Of a DNA stretch of 64,000 bases, positions 23,229-36,995 are shown one piece after another. Where the stretch lies: NCBI RefSeq assembly GCF_024521635.1, contig NW_026250403.1:1178001-1242000 (forward strand), in the 5' to 3' direction. Position 1 is the first letter of the stretch. Every line of letters starts with the position of its first letter. The DNA is from Tricharina praecox. Taxonomy: Eukaryota. The translations under genes were made by a program, and so were the position numbers. Under the pieces are notes generated by a model, which worked only from the letters and a program-made list of their open reading frames with translations, ran no database searches and was not told where the DNA came from.

Positions 23229-26200
23229 ATGATATTCGAGAGTGTGATGCCCGTGGTCGGGGGAGGACGCGCCGGACGACTGCCATCCCCCCCGCGCTCG
23301 ACGGGCAATCAGTTTCTGAGCGCTCCCCGCTCGTCGGGCTCGAGCAACTTCTTCAACGAGTGGGCAAGCCCCTTCAAAGGCTTGCGTGATGCTGTCGAGG
23401 AGGACGATGGCGACGGGAGCACGTCGTCGTCGCCTGCCGTGTCTTCGGTATTCGATGATCCGATGTCGCCCACTACGATGGTTACCTTCGGGGCAAAAGA
23501 AGATGCGGCGGCAGCCTGGGCGATTCCAAGCCCCAGCTTGGCGAGGGTCGATTCGTTGGGCCTGATTGGGCTCGAGGACATCCGTCTGAGGGACGGCTCG
23601 CTGAGTCCTCTGCCGCCGGGATTGATTCTAACTATGGACCTAATTGATCCGTTGGGAATCGTGGGGATGGACCAGAATACTCAGGCTCCCTGGACTAGCT
23701 CGGGGGAAGATACCACGATGTCGGACATCGCTTTCTATTCTTCCTGTCGGTTCATAACCACTCACGTGTATGGTCTCAAGACTGACTGCTTCTAGTGCCT
23801 GACCCTATGGAGTCGAATTCCTTGCCAAATGACGTATTCTCGCACTCGCTGCCAACCGGGAGCTGTGTAGGCCGTAGTAATACGGTTCCTAGCCGCAAAA
23901 GCTTTCCTATGACGCCCGGCGACGTAACAGGACGCAAACGTACCCGAGACCAACGGTCATCGCCCCAGCGGAGGCCATCCTCCTGCGATTGCATCCTACC
24001 GGACCGCCCAACACCTGGCCAGAAGGCTAAAGGCCTGCTTCTGACCGATCTTCCAACCGAGATACTGGTGGAGATATTTCGATATGCCATCCTATGGTCT
24101 CCGCCCCGGCCGCCGCAGTACAAGCACAGACTGGTGCCCCACCGACCTTATTCCCGGCGGGCAACTACTGGGGACGTACACGTGCGGCCGCGCCTAGTCC
24201 AACACGCCGGACCGTCCTCAGCATCCGCATCGATTCTCACCGAGCCAAAACCGAACGAGAATCCTCGGGAAAAGAAATTATTCGGTGTCAACACGTTACT
24301 CAGAATAGAACACACGTGCAAGCACTTCCGGGAGATACTGAAACGGGGCGATCAGTTCACTGACGAAATATTCTGGATGGTGGCCGCACGCAGCTGCTGG
24401 AAATGGCTACCGGAGAAACTTTCGGATGTGCAGGGTCACGATGAGGCATCACAGACCTCGTGGCGCAATCTCGTCGAGGTGTTCGGGAGGTCGGAGAACA
24501 GTCAGTTTGGAACGGGAGAGAAGGGGAAAGGAGGGGTCGATTGCTTCGGCGCAAAGAGGGTTTGTCCGCCGGCGTCAACATGGGAAATGGAGAAAACTCG
24601 GCGGAAGGAGATCGGGAGGAATGGTCGGAGGCCGAGGAGGTTGTTGATTGCTTGTGCTCAACCGGGGCCAGACATGTTTGCCGTTACACCGGACGAGGGT
24701 TCTAGGAGCTGGACCATATCGCTGTCGGCACGTTACGGCGAAGAATATATGGTGCGGCTTGATGAGTACGGGCGCTTCGGTAAAGCTGGCAAGGTTCCCG
24801 AAGGCCTCAAGAGGAGCACCAACGTGGGATTCTTTGCGCCGGGGATCTTTAAACATACAACGAACCGACTCCTACTTGTCAAAGCACGGGTACTTCAAGG
24901 CCTACAGTCGACACAACTTCAGGCTCGCTCTCCCGGAATGACTCAAGCGGCTGTTACATGGGACCTATCCACCATCCCGGAATACGTCGCCGATGAGAAA
25001 GCCCATGTGGCAAGGTGTACCAGTCACGAGGGGGTATTACTGTGCAGCTTCTTCACCCATCGAAACCCGAGTGACCTGGATGAATACCTCGACCCACCCG
25101 AGGACCCTCGGTTGTTTTGTGTCGAGGCACCGATGTATAATTTCGACTCGGCCATGAGCGAGGACACCAATGGCATGAGTTCGAAGATGCGCGGCAAACT
25201 CCCCGAGAAAGCCGCGCCAGCCGGGGAAGGGATGAATTTTCGCTGGCGCCGCGACTTCGAGTACCGCGATCAAACCGCGGCCGGCCGGGCAAGGGCATTG
25301 CATCCGGTCGTGTGCAATATTCAGATCAATGCGAGGCATGCGGTTGCGCTAATTCGGTGGAATGAAACCACGTCTCAGTCGATGCAGCAATTGTTTGATC
25401 GCGAGTTCCATGTGTTAGACGCCATGACGGGAGAAACAGTGAAATTGCTCGAGTTTCCCAATCTTTGTACGTCTTTCTCTTCTTTTTCTCCATCGTTTGA
25501 TATTTCCTATCGCACTCGGCCGCCCATGGCCATTGCATATATAAATCCTTTGCCCCATGCATTGTCCATGAAAAATGAGAACACCTGCTTTATGGACACC
25601 AGTCTTCTAAATTAGATGTTGTAGGGAAAGTCTGGTTTGACTTTCTACTCCCTTCTTCCAGAAAAACACCTGGGACATCTCTGCATTTGTCCCGGCCTGC
25701 CGACCTCTCCCTGCCTTCTTTCGTTCAAATCCCTTACAACCCCTGCTAACACTGCCCAGTCTGGGACTTTCGGCATCACGACATGCACCGCGAATACAAC
25801 CTCATGCGAGTAGACAAACTCAAAAATCTCTACAACCCGCGTCCCAGCTCAGCCATGGGGCCCTCAGGCAACCGCGCAACCCGCGTCCACCAAGACGCCT
25901 TCTTCCTGACCTCGGAGAACATAATCTCCGGCTCACACGACTACTGCAACTGGGTGTGGCCGCTCGAGCGGCCCACACCTCCATGGGGCTCGTACACAGC
26001 GGAACACAACGACGGCGGCCGGATCCCCGAGCCCTTCGACGTACTCGATGACTACTACTGGAACGTCCCCTCATCCACCTCCAACCCGGGCACGAGCAAG
26101 ACGCTCTGGGAGCCCACCAACGAGCGCGCCGGATGGTGGGTGCGCACCCCAAACCAGGTTCTGTGCTTCTGGCACGGCGCCGCGCTCTCCCACGACCAAC

Positions 26201-26709
26201 AATCGTTCGCCGTCTGCCGCCCGGGGAAAATGTTTGTCTGGAACCTGGCCGCCGCCGACTCCAACCGCGAAGTCGTGGGGTTTACATGTCTCACCCCCGC
26301 CGCTAACACAACCACAACTACAGACCATTGCCAGCGCCAGCGCTGGCTCGGCCGCCCAAAAAAGGAAGTCGAGAAGGCCGTGCTCGAGAGTTGGAATCTG
26401 TGCGAGAACGTTGTGCCCGAGCAGGGGTTGTGGCTGCTCTACGAGGGCGAGGGCGACGGTGACGGCGACGGCGGGGGCAGAGGCGGTAACGACGCAGTGT
26501 TTATCGGCCGCGACGAGATCCTGCAGGCGTGTGGGCTCGCTGCGGACGGAGTGCAGTGGGGGTTCCAGCAAGAAGATTTTGGGTGGGACGATGAGAAGAT
26601 GGTGCTCGTGGGGGAGGATGAGCGCGAGGGAAAGATGGGGAAGAAACGGAGGATTAGTAGTGATAGTGATAACAAAGTTTCCTTTATTTCACGACGAGGA
26701 CGACGATAA
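23229..26709 (+). CDS. Large F-box-containing protein; introns 23746-23795 and 25467-25759
   Basis: LLLTDLPTEILVEIFRY ... LLRIEHTCKHFREIL. Three ORFs are joined in frame by GT-AG introns with CTGAC/CTAAC branch sites. Confidence 0.75.
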
Positions 26710-29700
26710 TGACGGTTGACGATGGACGGACTGGACGGACCGGCGCTGAAATCTAGGCCATTTGGGTTTCTTTCTTTTTCCTTCTTTTTCTTTTCTTTCC
26801 TTTTTTCGGTGGGGGAAGGGGCGGTGTTTATGTTATTCACTCTACTCGTATAGACAATTTTTATGCAATAGTTTATGTGAGTGTGTAGGCGGTGGGGCTG
26901 GCGAACATTTATCATGATCATGATCTGTCAATATGCACGCGTACATAATGCTTATGCTTTCGTTTCTTTTTCCTCGTAAGGCAAGGCAAGGCAAGGCTGA
27001 GGAATGCATTGCCAACGGTTATGCATACCGTAGGTACTCTAAGTAGGTGCTAGCTGCATCTAATCCGCTCACGCGATGCGATGTTTTCTACCTATATGCA
27101 TAAGTTATGTAGTCGGCATTAGCTAACCACCGATACCAACGAGTGAGATCGCGTGTGTATATACGAGTCCCCCTCCCGAAGAACTCACTCGCTAGCTGGG
27201 AACGGAGTCGCGAGCGGTAAAATAGTCCTCCGAAGCCACCCCTCGGACCCCTAAGTCCCCGGCCGAGTACCAATGCAAACGCCTGCGAGACAATTTCTAC
27301 TTGGCTGGGGCATCCGGGACCCTGGAACCGACAGGGGGTCAGTCGTGGACGGGTGAGACTCCCGGCACGGACCGGCGACGGTGGGCAGTATGTGAGTAGG
27401 TAGGATCAGAGTATCGAGAATCGAGCCATACACACATAACTACATCCCACACATCCACACATCCATATATCCGCACTTACATGCGTGCGTCGGGACGGAT
27501 GCGTGTGTTTGTATAGATATGTGTAATACCTACCTCCATACTCGGCCAGCTCTCCGATCCGGGCTGGGAGTCCGTGCTGCTGCGCGCTTTGTCGGTGTTC
27601 CGAGTGATCATGGGTGCTACCTATGTCTCAGCGCGCGGCATAAAGAAAGAAATGCCTCGTACGTACATCCCCCCTCTCCCCCCCGCGCGCGCCCGCGCCC
27701 CCTCCCTCCCCTCGGAGGGGCGAAAGCCCGCAAAACCATGTGGGGGCGGGACCCGTTCGCTGGAATTTCGCTCCGCTCAAGTTCGTTGTGGGTTACTCAT
27801 CCGCTACCGCCGAAACACTGAGGGATTACCTACCTGCCTGTGCAGCCACCGGCCAGTGCGTGAGTGAGTGAGTGATGGACCGTGACCGGTGTCGAACAGA
27901 TTAGGTACCTAGTACCTAGGCATCCATCACGCCACCGACCGCCGTGTCCGGCGGTAGAAAACAAAACCCGGAATTTGCTTGCTCCGATCTGCAGTTGCTG
28001 GTAGTTGTCCCCTCGATCTTGGAATCCATCGCCCCCACACGAGCGTAGGTAGCGAAAACGAACGAAAATCACCACCCCTTCCCCCCCGCTTGGAACGTTT
28101 TGTGCTTGTGGGTATTGGTAGGGTAAGGAAGAGTAGAGTAGAGTAGAGTGCACCGTGTATGCGTCGGATCTAGTTCTCGACCGTAGGAGGCAGGAAGGCC
28201 ACGCCCTTCACCTACGAAAAAGTTCTGGCACACGGACGGTTGGCTCACAGAGCTGAAGGAGTGTTCGAGCGTGCGTGCGTGCGTAGCAGATATGATATAT
28301 CAATCCCACGGCATGCTCGATATCTATCGAACCGTCCAGCCAGTTAGGTCAGCTCCTCTCAGATCAAGAGAAACATGCAAACGTTCTCGCCGTCGGTGGC
28401 TATTATTGCTCTGGACTAGTTATAACGTTCGGTGCGGTGGTGCGGCGGTACGAGCGGTCGCTTCCAGACTGGCGGGTCGATATGGAACTATTGCCAACGA
28501 GGGAAGGAAAGGAGCTGACGAAGAAAGATGGGTGGCTAAAGACCGATGAAGAGCAAGGAATAAATCTCGATGCCCAGGCCCCTCCCCCCCAACCACCCTA
28601 TATCGATCCCTCCCCCCCACCATATCCACCACTACCACCACCATTGCAACCACCACCACCACTACTCATCCTACCCCCCCGGCCATTCCATTGGATTATC
28701 CACCCATCAATCTGCTTTTCGTCCGGTGTAGGCAATGGGGCTAGGAAGCGATGTCGATCACAATGCAACATCCCATTGTGAGGGATGATGACTGCTCGTG
28801 TTTCGTGTTTCGTGTTTCGTGGGCGGGATACTCCGCCTGGACAACGACCGACGACCAGCTTCGATTTTGCAGACGGGGAGAGCGAGGGCACTGGCCGTCA
28901 GCCTGCGGCCGCCACGTTTTTTTGGAAAAATGTTCGTCGCCGGCCACCGTTGCTGTGTACTTATGTACGGTTTTGGCCAACTGCATGGCTTTGTGGATGT
29001 GGGTGGACGAGAGCGGAGGGAGGGAGGGAGAAATGTGAGATATCACATCATATTCTCAGCACTATCTTACCTCTTCCCTCCCTCTCTTCCCTCTCTTCCC
29101 CTCCCCCCATGCCACCACCACCATGGATGGCCACACACACACATGTTTTTCCTTAGATGCGAGCGGTACGGAAAGCATTGTCTGCGCTTCAGGCATTGCC
29201 GGCCAAACAGGCAGTGCACAGCAAGTGAGAAGTGTTCGTGGCAACCACCACCTCCACCACCAACACGAGAGAGACACCGTCGAACCAACAGCTGCACTGG
29301 TCCAAATGACCTGCCGCGGCACGGTGTCGATGCTCGTTCTTCGGGGAGGCCGTTCTACAGGCCACCGTCAGCAACATGATACGGTGGCAACAGCAGCAGC
29401 CAGAGCAGAGCAAAAGGTTATCAACCTTCGCTATATATAGCCCTTCATGCATCGTGAGAGCGAGGTAGCAACTCGAGAGTAGTCGATGAGACACCGCCAC
29501 GCCTAGTGAACGGAGCGGAATGAGATGTAAGGCGCTGTTGGAGTGCAACGGGAAAGAGCTGATCGAATTGAAGGTAAGATATTGGTATCCCAAAGCGGGG
29601 ACGTCGAGGAACTCAGAAGCAGGCGCACAAACATGCGTGGCTGCACACACTACAACTCGCAGCACCCAGGCACCCAGGATCAGCAACCATGTTTCAAAAG

Positions 29701-31924
29701 TCAAGCCAAAACAGCTCTCCCGCCGGTCTACCCTGTCTGCATGCCATCACGATCATGTGGAAGTGGCGCTGCCAGCAAGCACTGAATGAGCTGTACATAC
29801 TGATGGTGTACGTGGGGATTAAAACATCTACCTACAAGGACCAGTTTGGAATCATAAATGTGTAGAGTATACGTACTTTAGGTAGGAAGGTACATAAGTA
29901 CCAATCAAATAGGGAGGCGAAATATAGCCCCCATCTTAGCCGTACTCTGCTGTCGGGTAATTCCCACGGCAGAGGGGATTCTTCTGACTACCTGCCACCA
30001 TCGCCGTGAGCAGGTGGCGCACTCGGTGAGCACTGTGCTCCGCTAGGGAATTTCGGTAGATGCTGTACCCGGAGCCCGTGTGTGGCGCTATCTGCACGAG
30101 CACACGTCCTCTCGGTCCGAACGATCTGCCGAAGAAGTGCCTCTGTTCATCAGCGCCAGGCGTGGGTAGTTATGGGCGGCAATGCTGCACCAATTGCCAC
30201 GGACCGTGCCTCAAGGATCACAGCGAGGTGAGATGTGACTGGCCATCGTGCCGGTTGATGATTATTCATACAGTATGGAACCCTAGGGTTATGGCCGACA
30301 TCGTGCTGGGGTAGGGAGGATCCTGACCACCACCACCGGGAGGGATGAGCTTCCAGCAACTACCATTCCTCATAGTGGTAGTAGTACCAGTAGTGCCCCC
30401 GACACCGCAGATGGGATGAGGTCCAAAACCCGTGTCGCATGTGAGTGAGTGCCGTACCGTTGCCAGACTGCGCGGCCCGAGACGACAGAGTCCTGGGATG
30501 CACCATCCTATCCCCATGCGAGGCATTTAGCTTTCTTTTCCGGTGGAGTACGGTACGGTAACTACCAGCTGCCGAAACACACACCTGTAGGTAATCAAGT
30601 GGCGAGTCCTTTTCCTTCCGCGCGTGTGTGGAGCCCTGGATCGCCGTCGTCGACGGACGTCGTCGAAACCGCAGATACACGCTCTCTCGCGCGCAAGATC
30701 CGTGTCTACCGCGAACCCCGGCCGCCCCACCCCACCCGTCTGCTAAACGTCGACGCCCGCATGGCGCGATGGTAGTGGTAGTGGTGGTATGTGGTAGCGG
30801 CGATGGTGGTGGAGGTGCCCAAGAGACGGATCGGATCCACTGCGATTGCCATCTGCCCTCTGCCCTCTGCTCTGTTCGTGTCGGACAATCGGACTGTTCC
30901 AGGACCGCGGCCAGCGTGTATAGGTACCGTAGTACATAGTCCGTCCGCGAACACCCAAACATCAAATGCCGCTTTTCCCTCCCCTCCCCATCTAAAGAAA
31001 ATACTCGCATCCGATGGGTTGTTCATACCCCACGCTGAAGTCGCTGGCCTGTCACAGAGAATTTCTTCGTGAGAGTGTGAGTGTGTGAAACGTGGACGTC
31101 CGGGCAGGAGCCCTCAATGGTGGCCCGAGTCAGCCAGCCAGCCAGGTAGTTAAGGTTCTGTATGCGCTTCTTCTGCTTGCTTGGTTCGCGTCCCTCCCTT
31201 TTCCCTATACGCATGTAGGGGGGGGGAGGGAGAGGGAATATTGATCGGCAGCGAGTGATGGTCGACACCGCCGGTCCGCCGCGGCCTCCCCATCCCATCC
31301 CATGCCATCCCATCCTATCCCAGCGAACAGGAAAGAAGGAAATAAAAGAAAAATCTGGAGAAACTCAGGACCGATCGAGAGAAAAAAACAACAGGGAATA
31401 ATAACAATATTGCCAAAATGGCGAATACTTTAATTATCAGCAGGTCAACATTCATGTCCCTGCATATCCGCTGCAGGAAAAAAAAAGCAGCTCGGGATTC
31501 GAAGTTGAAGAAATCTCGTCCAGTCGTGTTTGCAATTCTTGGCTGGAGTGGTGAGTGCAAGGGAGGGAGGGGGAGAGGGAGATGAAGAGAGGGAAGAGAG
31601 GACGAGAGAGGGAGAGGAAGAGGGAGAGAGAAAGAGAGAGGGGGGGGGGGGGGAGAGATAGAGAGGGAGAGGGCGTTTTAGGCAAACAGGAGCCTCTGAC
31701 GGACGGAATGGCATGCTCTCTGTCTCCACCGAACAGCGGGCATCTGCGAAGTTTCCCTTTTTGCTTCCGTTAGAGAGAGTCAACTAGACGGCCATGTTCC
31801 GAAGTGTCAGGTCTCGCTCGGATGGGCCTTCTACCTGCCGATACAACGAAAGACCAAAGGCCAACGACAAAGGCCAATGCTCCTCCACCACTGTACTCCC
31901 ATTGCACTGCAGTCCACTGCAGTG

Positions 31925-31990
31925 CACTCCACTCCACTCCACTCCACTCCACTCCACTCCACTCCACTCCACTCCACTCCACTCCACTCC
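31925..31990. repeat. (CACTC)n pentanucleotide microsatellite, ~13 units
   Basis: Directly visible. Confidence 0.95.
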
Positions 31991-34007
31991 GAAGCCTATC
32001 ACCACATATCTCACCTACTCTACGGGAAGATACCGAAACACAGAACAAGTACCTACCTCAGGGAGTACAAAGAGAGCGGGTGCAGGTGCCACTACCAGGA
32101 ACCAAGTCTCAAGAAAGAGAGTTGGAAGTTCAAAGCCGTGCGATTCGAAACACTGCAGTGATTGCTTTTTTCTTCTTCTTCTTTCATTTCTTTCTTTCCG
32201 GCAGAAAACTGCAAGATGCGAGATGCCATTTCCAGCCGGCGATGCAGCTTGGGGGCAAGCCGTGCAACGCCGGAGCCGGACGAGCCGGAATGGAACTTCC
32301 CGAGCAGGCCGGCAGTGGGGTAGGTATCCTGAGTGAAGCAATGCGAGGAAGTTTCAAGCAGGCAGTGTGCTAAGTCATCGCGATACGTGAGTAGATCGAT
32401 ATCCTCCGAGAGCGTCGACGAGGTGCTGGCGGAGTGGATCTCACAGAATGGATCTCACGGAGAGAGAGCTTGGGGGGAGGGGAGGGGAGGGGTCTGGAGA
32501 CGAGGGGGACGTCCGGATTCCGACGAGCTGCAGTTGGAAGAATCGGAAGGGGTTTTGCTCATGTCATGTCATGCCTTGCAGGAAGGAAGGAAAGAAGGAA
32601 AGAAAAAAAGCGCCGAGACGTTCGCGGCAACAGCAATAACAACGATAACAGCAACAGACACGGTAGATGGTGAAGTGCAGAAGAGACTCTGCCTACATAC
32701 ATACCTGCTTCCTCATGTATGAAGCATGTATGGTAGTTACCGCTCTCGCGCAGGATTGACTCTAGATATCATACATACGGTAGAGTAGTTGCCTGCTTCT
32801 CTACCGTTCTCGCGAGCTCTCGGTTCTTCTACTGTAAGTTCTCCCTGCTAGTTTAGAGTACAGCAGCGGCAGCAGCGTAACGACTCCACTATCTGCTTAA
32901 AGTAAGTAGAGCACATGGTAACTTAAAGCAGATATTGTGCATCTCTCCTTCAACCTACCGGCAACTATTCGGAGTTGTGACGGGGAAGCAGTTACGACCC
33001 ACGAGATAGTTGGTTGGTTGGTTAGTTACCGTAGTTAGCGGGGTAGTTTAGGCAGTCTCCACCAAGGAACCGGAGTCGTTCGTGATCCCGTTTCGATCGG
33101 AGGGGACCACTATTTACATAAGTTCTACACTAGGTATGGTAAGCACTCTAGTTACCTTGGGACACAGCTGCAGAAGTCAGCGGCCCCATCGAGTTTGCGG
33201 AAAACCCATTGGCATCGTGGGTTCTGTTCGATTAACCATATGTACCTACTCTACTGGGGGTGACAGCCAGAGGCCTAGACTGATGTGCTAGGAAGTAGTT
33301 AGAGTAGGTAGAGTGGTACACAGTTAACTACATACTCTAGATATCCTGAAGAATACGGCAGTTACCATGGTGCAGTGGTGGTGTGGTGGCTCTGCAGCTG
33401 GTGCCCAGTGGCGGGGCCAATCAAACATGTCAATATGTCGGTTCTTGATCACATTTCACGATGCAGCACATTTCTCCATGGTATGTAGTGGTGGTCGTGG
33501 TGGTGGTGGTCCTGCCGATGTCGATTTCCGGTTGAGATGGGATTGCTGGTTTGCGATGGGAAAAGGCCTGCTCACTGCTCAGATGGGCACCAGGCAGTGT
33601 GCGCGGTGTTCCTGGCCGCGGATGCAAGGGAGTTGGTCACTGGTGAGGAGACACGGGCATTTTTCTTTTCTTTTCAGCTGGTGAAGCCTGTACTCTACCT
33701 ACTCCACAGTACAGTATAGGAAGAAGGCACATATGTGAAGACGGAACCACAGTCTCCCATGTCGAGATCTCAAACATACATACGCACACGCACACGCAGT
33801 GGATATTTCCTTAAAGGGCTTGTCCTTCCTACAATGTAGGCACGGCTGTCTGGCTGGATATTCATCGTACGGTACCGTACCGTAGATGGTACTCTAGATA
33901 CTCTAGATGTTGCACTTCCGACTTCCGAGTCCCAACCCAAGCCTCAAGATCCAAGGCGTAGGTATCCATCTTTGCTCGTTAGTAACCAAGTACCTCACCT
34001 AAGGTAC

Positions 34008-34110
34008 TCTACCTCCTCTACCTCCTCTACCCCCTCTACCTCCTCTGCCTCCTCTGCCTCCTCTGCCTCCTCTGCCTCCTCTGCCTCCTCTGCCTCCTCT
34101 ACCTCCTCCA
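34008..34110. repeat. 9-mer tandem repeat CCTCCTCT(G/A)
   Basis: Directly visible. Confidence 0.9.
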
Positions 34111-34316
34111 CCTACGGTACTCTAACCATATACCTAGCTGAAGTCTATCGATCCACCCGAGGCGGGGTCGGGAGGGAGGGGAGGGGCGGTCAGTTAAACT
34201 TCCTTTCCTACACGCACACGATCGCCATTCGCCAACGACCACGGTCCAGTGTCCCCGGGCGCCGGGCGTTGGGCGTCGGGCGGCTGGGATCCCATGGTTC
34301 CATCGGTGGATCCGGA

Positions 34317-34379
34317 GTGCATGCGGCGCGGTACGGTGTGCATGCGGCGCGGTACGGTGTGCATGCGGCGCGGTACGGT
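34317..34379. repeat. 21-bp minisatellite GTGCATGCGGCGCGGTACGGT x3
   Basis: Three perfect copies. Confidence 0.95.
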
Positions 34380-36886
34380 GCGGTGTGGTATCTTAAGGTA
34401 AATAACCCATGCCATGCCATGCCATTGCCCATGGCCCATGGGCAGCCGCAGCTCCCGCTCCTTCCTTCCATCCATGATCTGACAAAGAGAAGGCTCGAGA
34501 AAGAAAAAAAGAAAGGGCGTTGGATGCGATGCCCGCGGAGGCGTTAGGTAAGTGAGGTAAGTGGGAGTTTCCGTGGGCGTCTTGGGGCGTCTTGGGGCGT
34601 GGATGCTCTATCCTACTCTGGGTGAGTACTTGCTCACCTGCTTACTTGCTTGGTTACATACTCACATACATACCCCCCGGGTAGAGCCAAGGACGGCGAC
34701 TGCTGCTGCGTGGGGATCGGTATGGCTAGTACCTAGAGTACCGTAGATGAGGTGAGTGGAGTGGAGTGCCCAGACGTCCTTTAGGCTTCCGTATGTACAT
34801 AAACAGAGCTTATGCTGATTGCCGTGGTGCATTGGTATTGGCATTGGCATTGGCAAAGGCTTGGGGTGGGTGGGTGGAAGCGGTCAAAGTGAACGGTGAA
34901 GCCCCGTATGCATAGAGTGCCTACCTAGATATCTCCAAATTCCGCACCGATCGTGCATCGTGGACGGTTGCAGGAGGCACTGCACGGCGGATACTTACTC
35001 TACAATACCTACAGTGCTGCCTTCCTGATTCATTTCCGAATCCGCACCTGCTGCTGATGCTGCTGCTGCTGCACAGGCAAGACTGCCTTCCTCCGCACAC
35101 ATGGCCATTGCTCTGTGGTTTGCTTTTTGTTTTTGGTCTGGTCTGGCTGGTCCCCGTGTTGGTTGGTATCTAGCCTCTTCCGCTCTTTCTTCTTTGCTTC
35201 TTTGCTTCTTTCCTCTGGCGTCTCTCCACCGTGATGGCTATTGCAGCCGCGCTAACCGGTCCATACTTGATCCCCGCTTAGAGATCCACGCCCCTCCCTG
35301 TGTGCTCTGCTTCGCTCGCCGCTCGCCGCTCGCAGGAAGGTACTCGAGGTACATGGGATGAGTCCGTCGGCTCGGCCCTCCCTTTACTCTGCGCTGCTCT
35401 GCGCCGATCTGGTCTCCCGCGCACCTATGCTGTGCGCTGCTTTTCCCGCCCTTGCTCTTGCAGCTCCTGCTGCTGCTCCTGCTCCTGATCTTCATCCGTC
35501 CTCCCTAACTCGCACACACACCCCTCCCCCCCCCCCCGAGAGAGAGAGAGACTCTCTTTCTCATCGCCCGTGCACCCGCATCGCACCCCCGTCTCCCCGT
35601 CTCACAACCTTCACCCACCTCCACCTCCACCTCCGCTCGCCGCAACCCGAACTGCATAAAAGTCACGTTCGTCTGTGCATCCCGGCCCACCACCGAAACT
35701 CCACATCGCATAAACTCCAAAACACTCAACCAACACCTTCAACAACCATAATAACCCCCAATCACCAATCCCCATTCCTAACCGACCGGCCGCCGCCAGC
35801 AGCAGCAGTAGCAGCATAAATCCCACTGCCACGAGCAGCCGCAGAAAGAACAGAGAAATAACGAAAGAAAGAAAGAGAGAAAGAAAGAGAGAAAGAAAAA
35901 AACACCAACAGCCACCCCCAGCCCAGCTGCAACACCTGCAGAGCTCACTGGTGACTGGACAAACGAACCCCCCTAGTTGTGTCGAGTACCAATCAGCTGG
36001 CTTCCCCCTCCCAAGCCCACATCCATCCTGTCAAGCCGTTCCGAGCGGCCCGACCAGGGGTGTGCTTATCGTAACTAAGGCCGATCGTAGTGGCAGTGGT
36101 GGTTATATGTATGTGTGCAGAGTGTGGTTCGAGATCCAGCTCTGTCAACTATGAACTACGGACTACGGACGAAAGCGAAGTTTGCGCTGCAGCCACATTA
36201 TTCCCACTTGCTTGCATTCGCTTTGCTCTGCTTTGTGTGCGCCTCTGGAGTCTGCATAGAGTATCATTCTACTCCCCCCACCCCGTAGTGTAGGTACACA
36301 GTACACTACAGCCAAAATAATATTATCTGCCGCAAAATCCACTCAGTGCTCACCACTCAACAGTCACCTCTCACCACTCACCATCCATAGCAGCAGTAAC
36401 ATCCTACCACCCCCCATAAAAAAATTAAAATTAAAAAACATCCCTCCCCCCATAGGCCATCGTCCCTAAACGATCATCCCGTGGAGCTCTTCCCTACCCC
36501 CCCCCCCCCCCCCCCGACGCTAAACGCCGCCGTCGCCAGAGCACAGTGGTTACCGTAAATTCATTCGCATTTTCTTCTCGGGCCCATCCAATCCATCCAC
36601 TCCATCAGACAGCCATCAGACAGCCATCAGCCATACAGCTGCCATCCATCAGGCATCCATCCAAACTGCTTCCCGTTGCATGCCGGTTGGATCTTGGACC
36701 TTTGACGCCAATCAATAGCTGCCATACATAACTGCTGCTGCTGTTGGTAACTTGGTAGCAAAGTAAGGAACTATCACACATACTTTCATGGAGTAGCTAC
36801 TTCGCTACTTGACTACCACTACCTACTATTACTTCTACTATCATCACTTTCTACTATTACTCCCTAAGTAACTATCGTCTACCGAG

Positions 36887-36995
36887 AAAGCAAGAAGGAA
36901 AGCAAGAAGGAAAGCAAGAAGGAAAGCAAGAAGGAGAGCAAGAAGGAGAGCAAGAAGGAAAGCAAGAAGGAAAGCAAGAAAGCAAGAAAGCAAGA
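36887..36995. repeat. 12-mer tandem repeat AGCAAGAAGGA(A/G)
   Basis: Directly visible. Confidence 0.9.

Noticed and set aside
30360-31010. 216-aa minus-strand ORF and other 100-190 aa ORFs in the gene desert
   Set aside because: Low-complexity, repeat-derived translations without domain-like sequence or codon bias.
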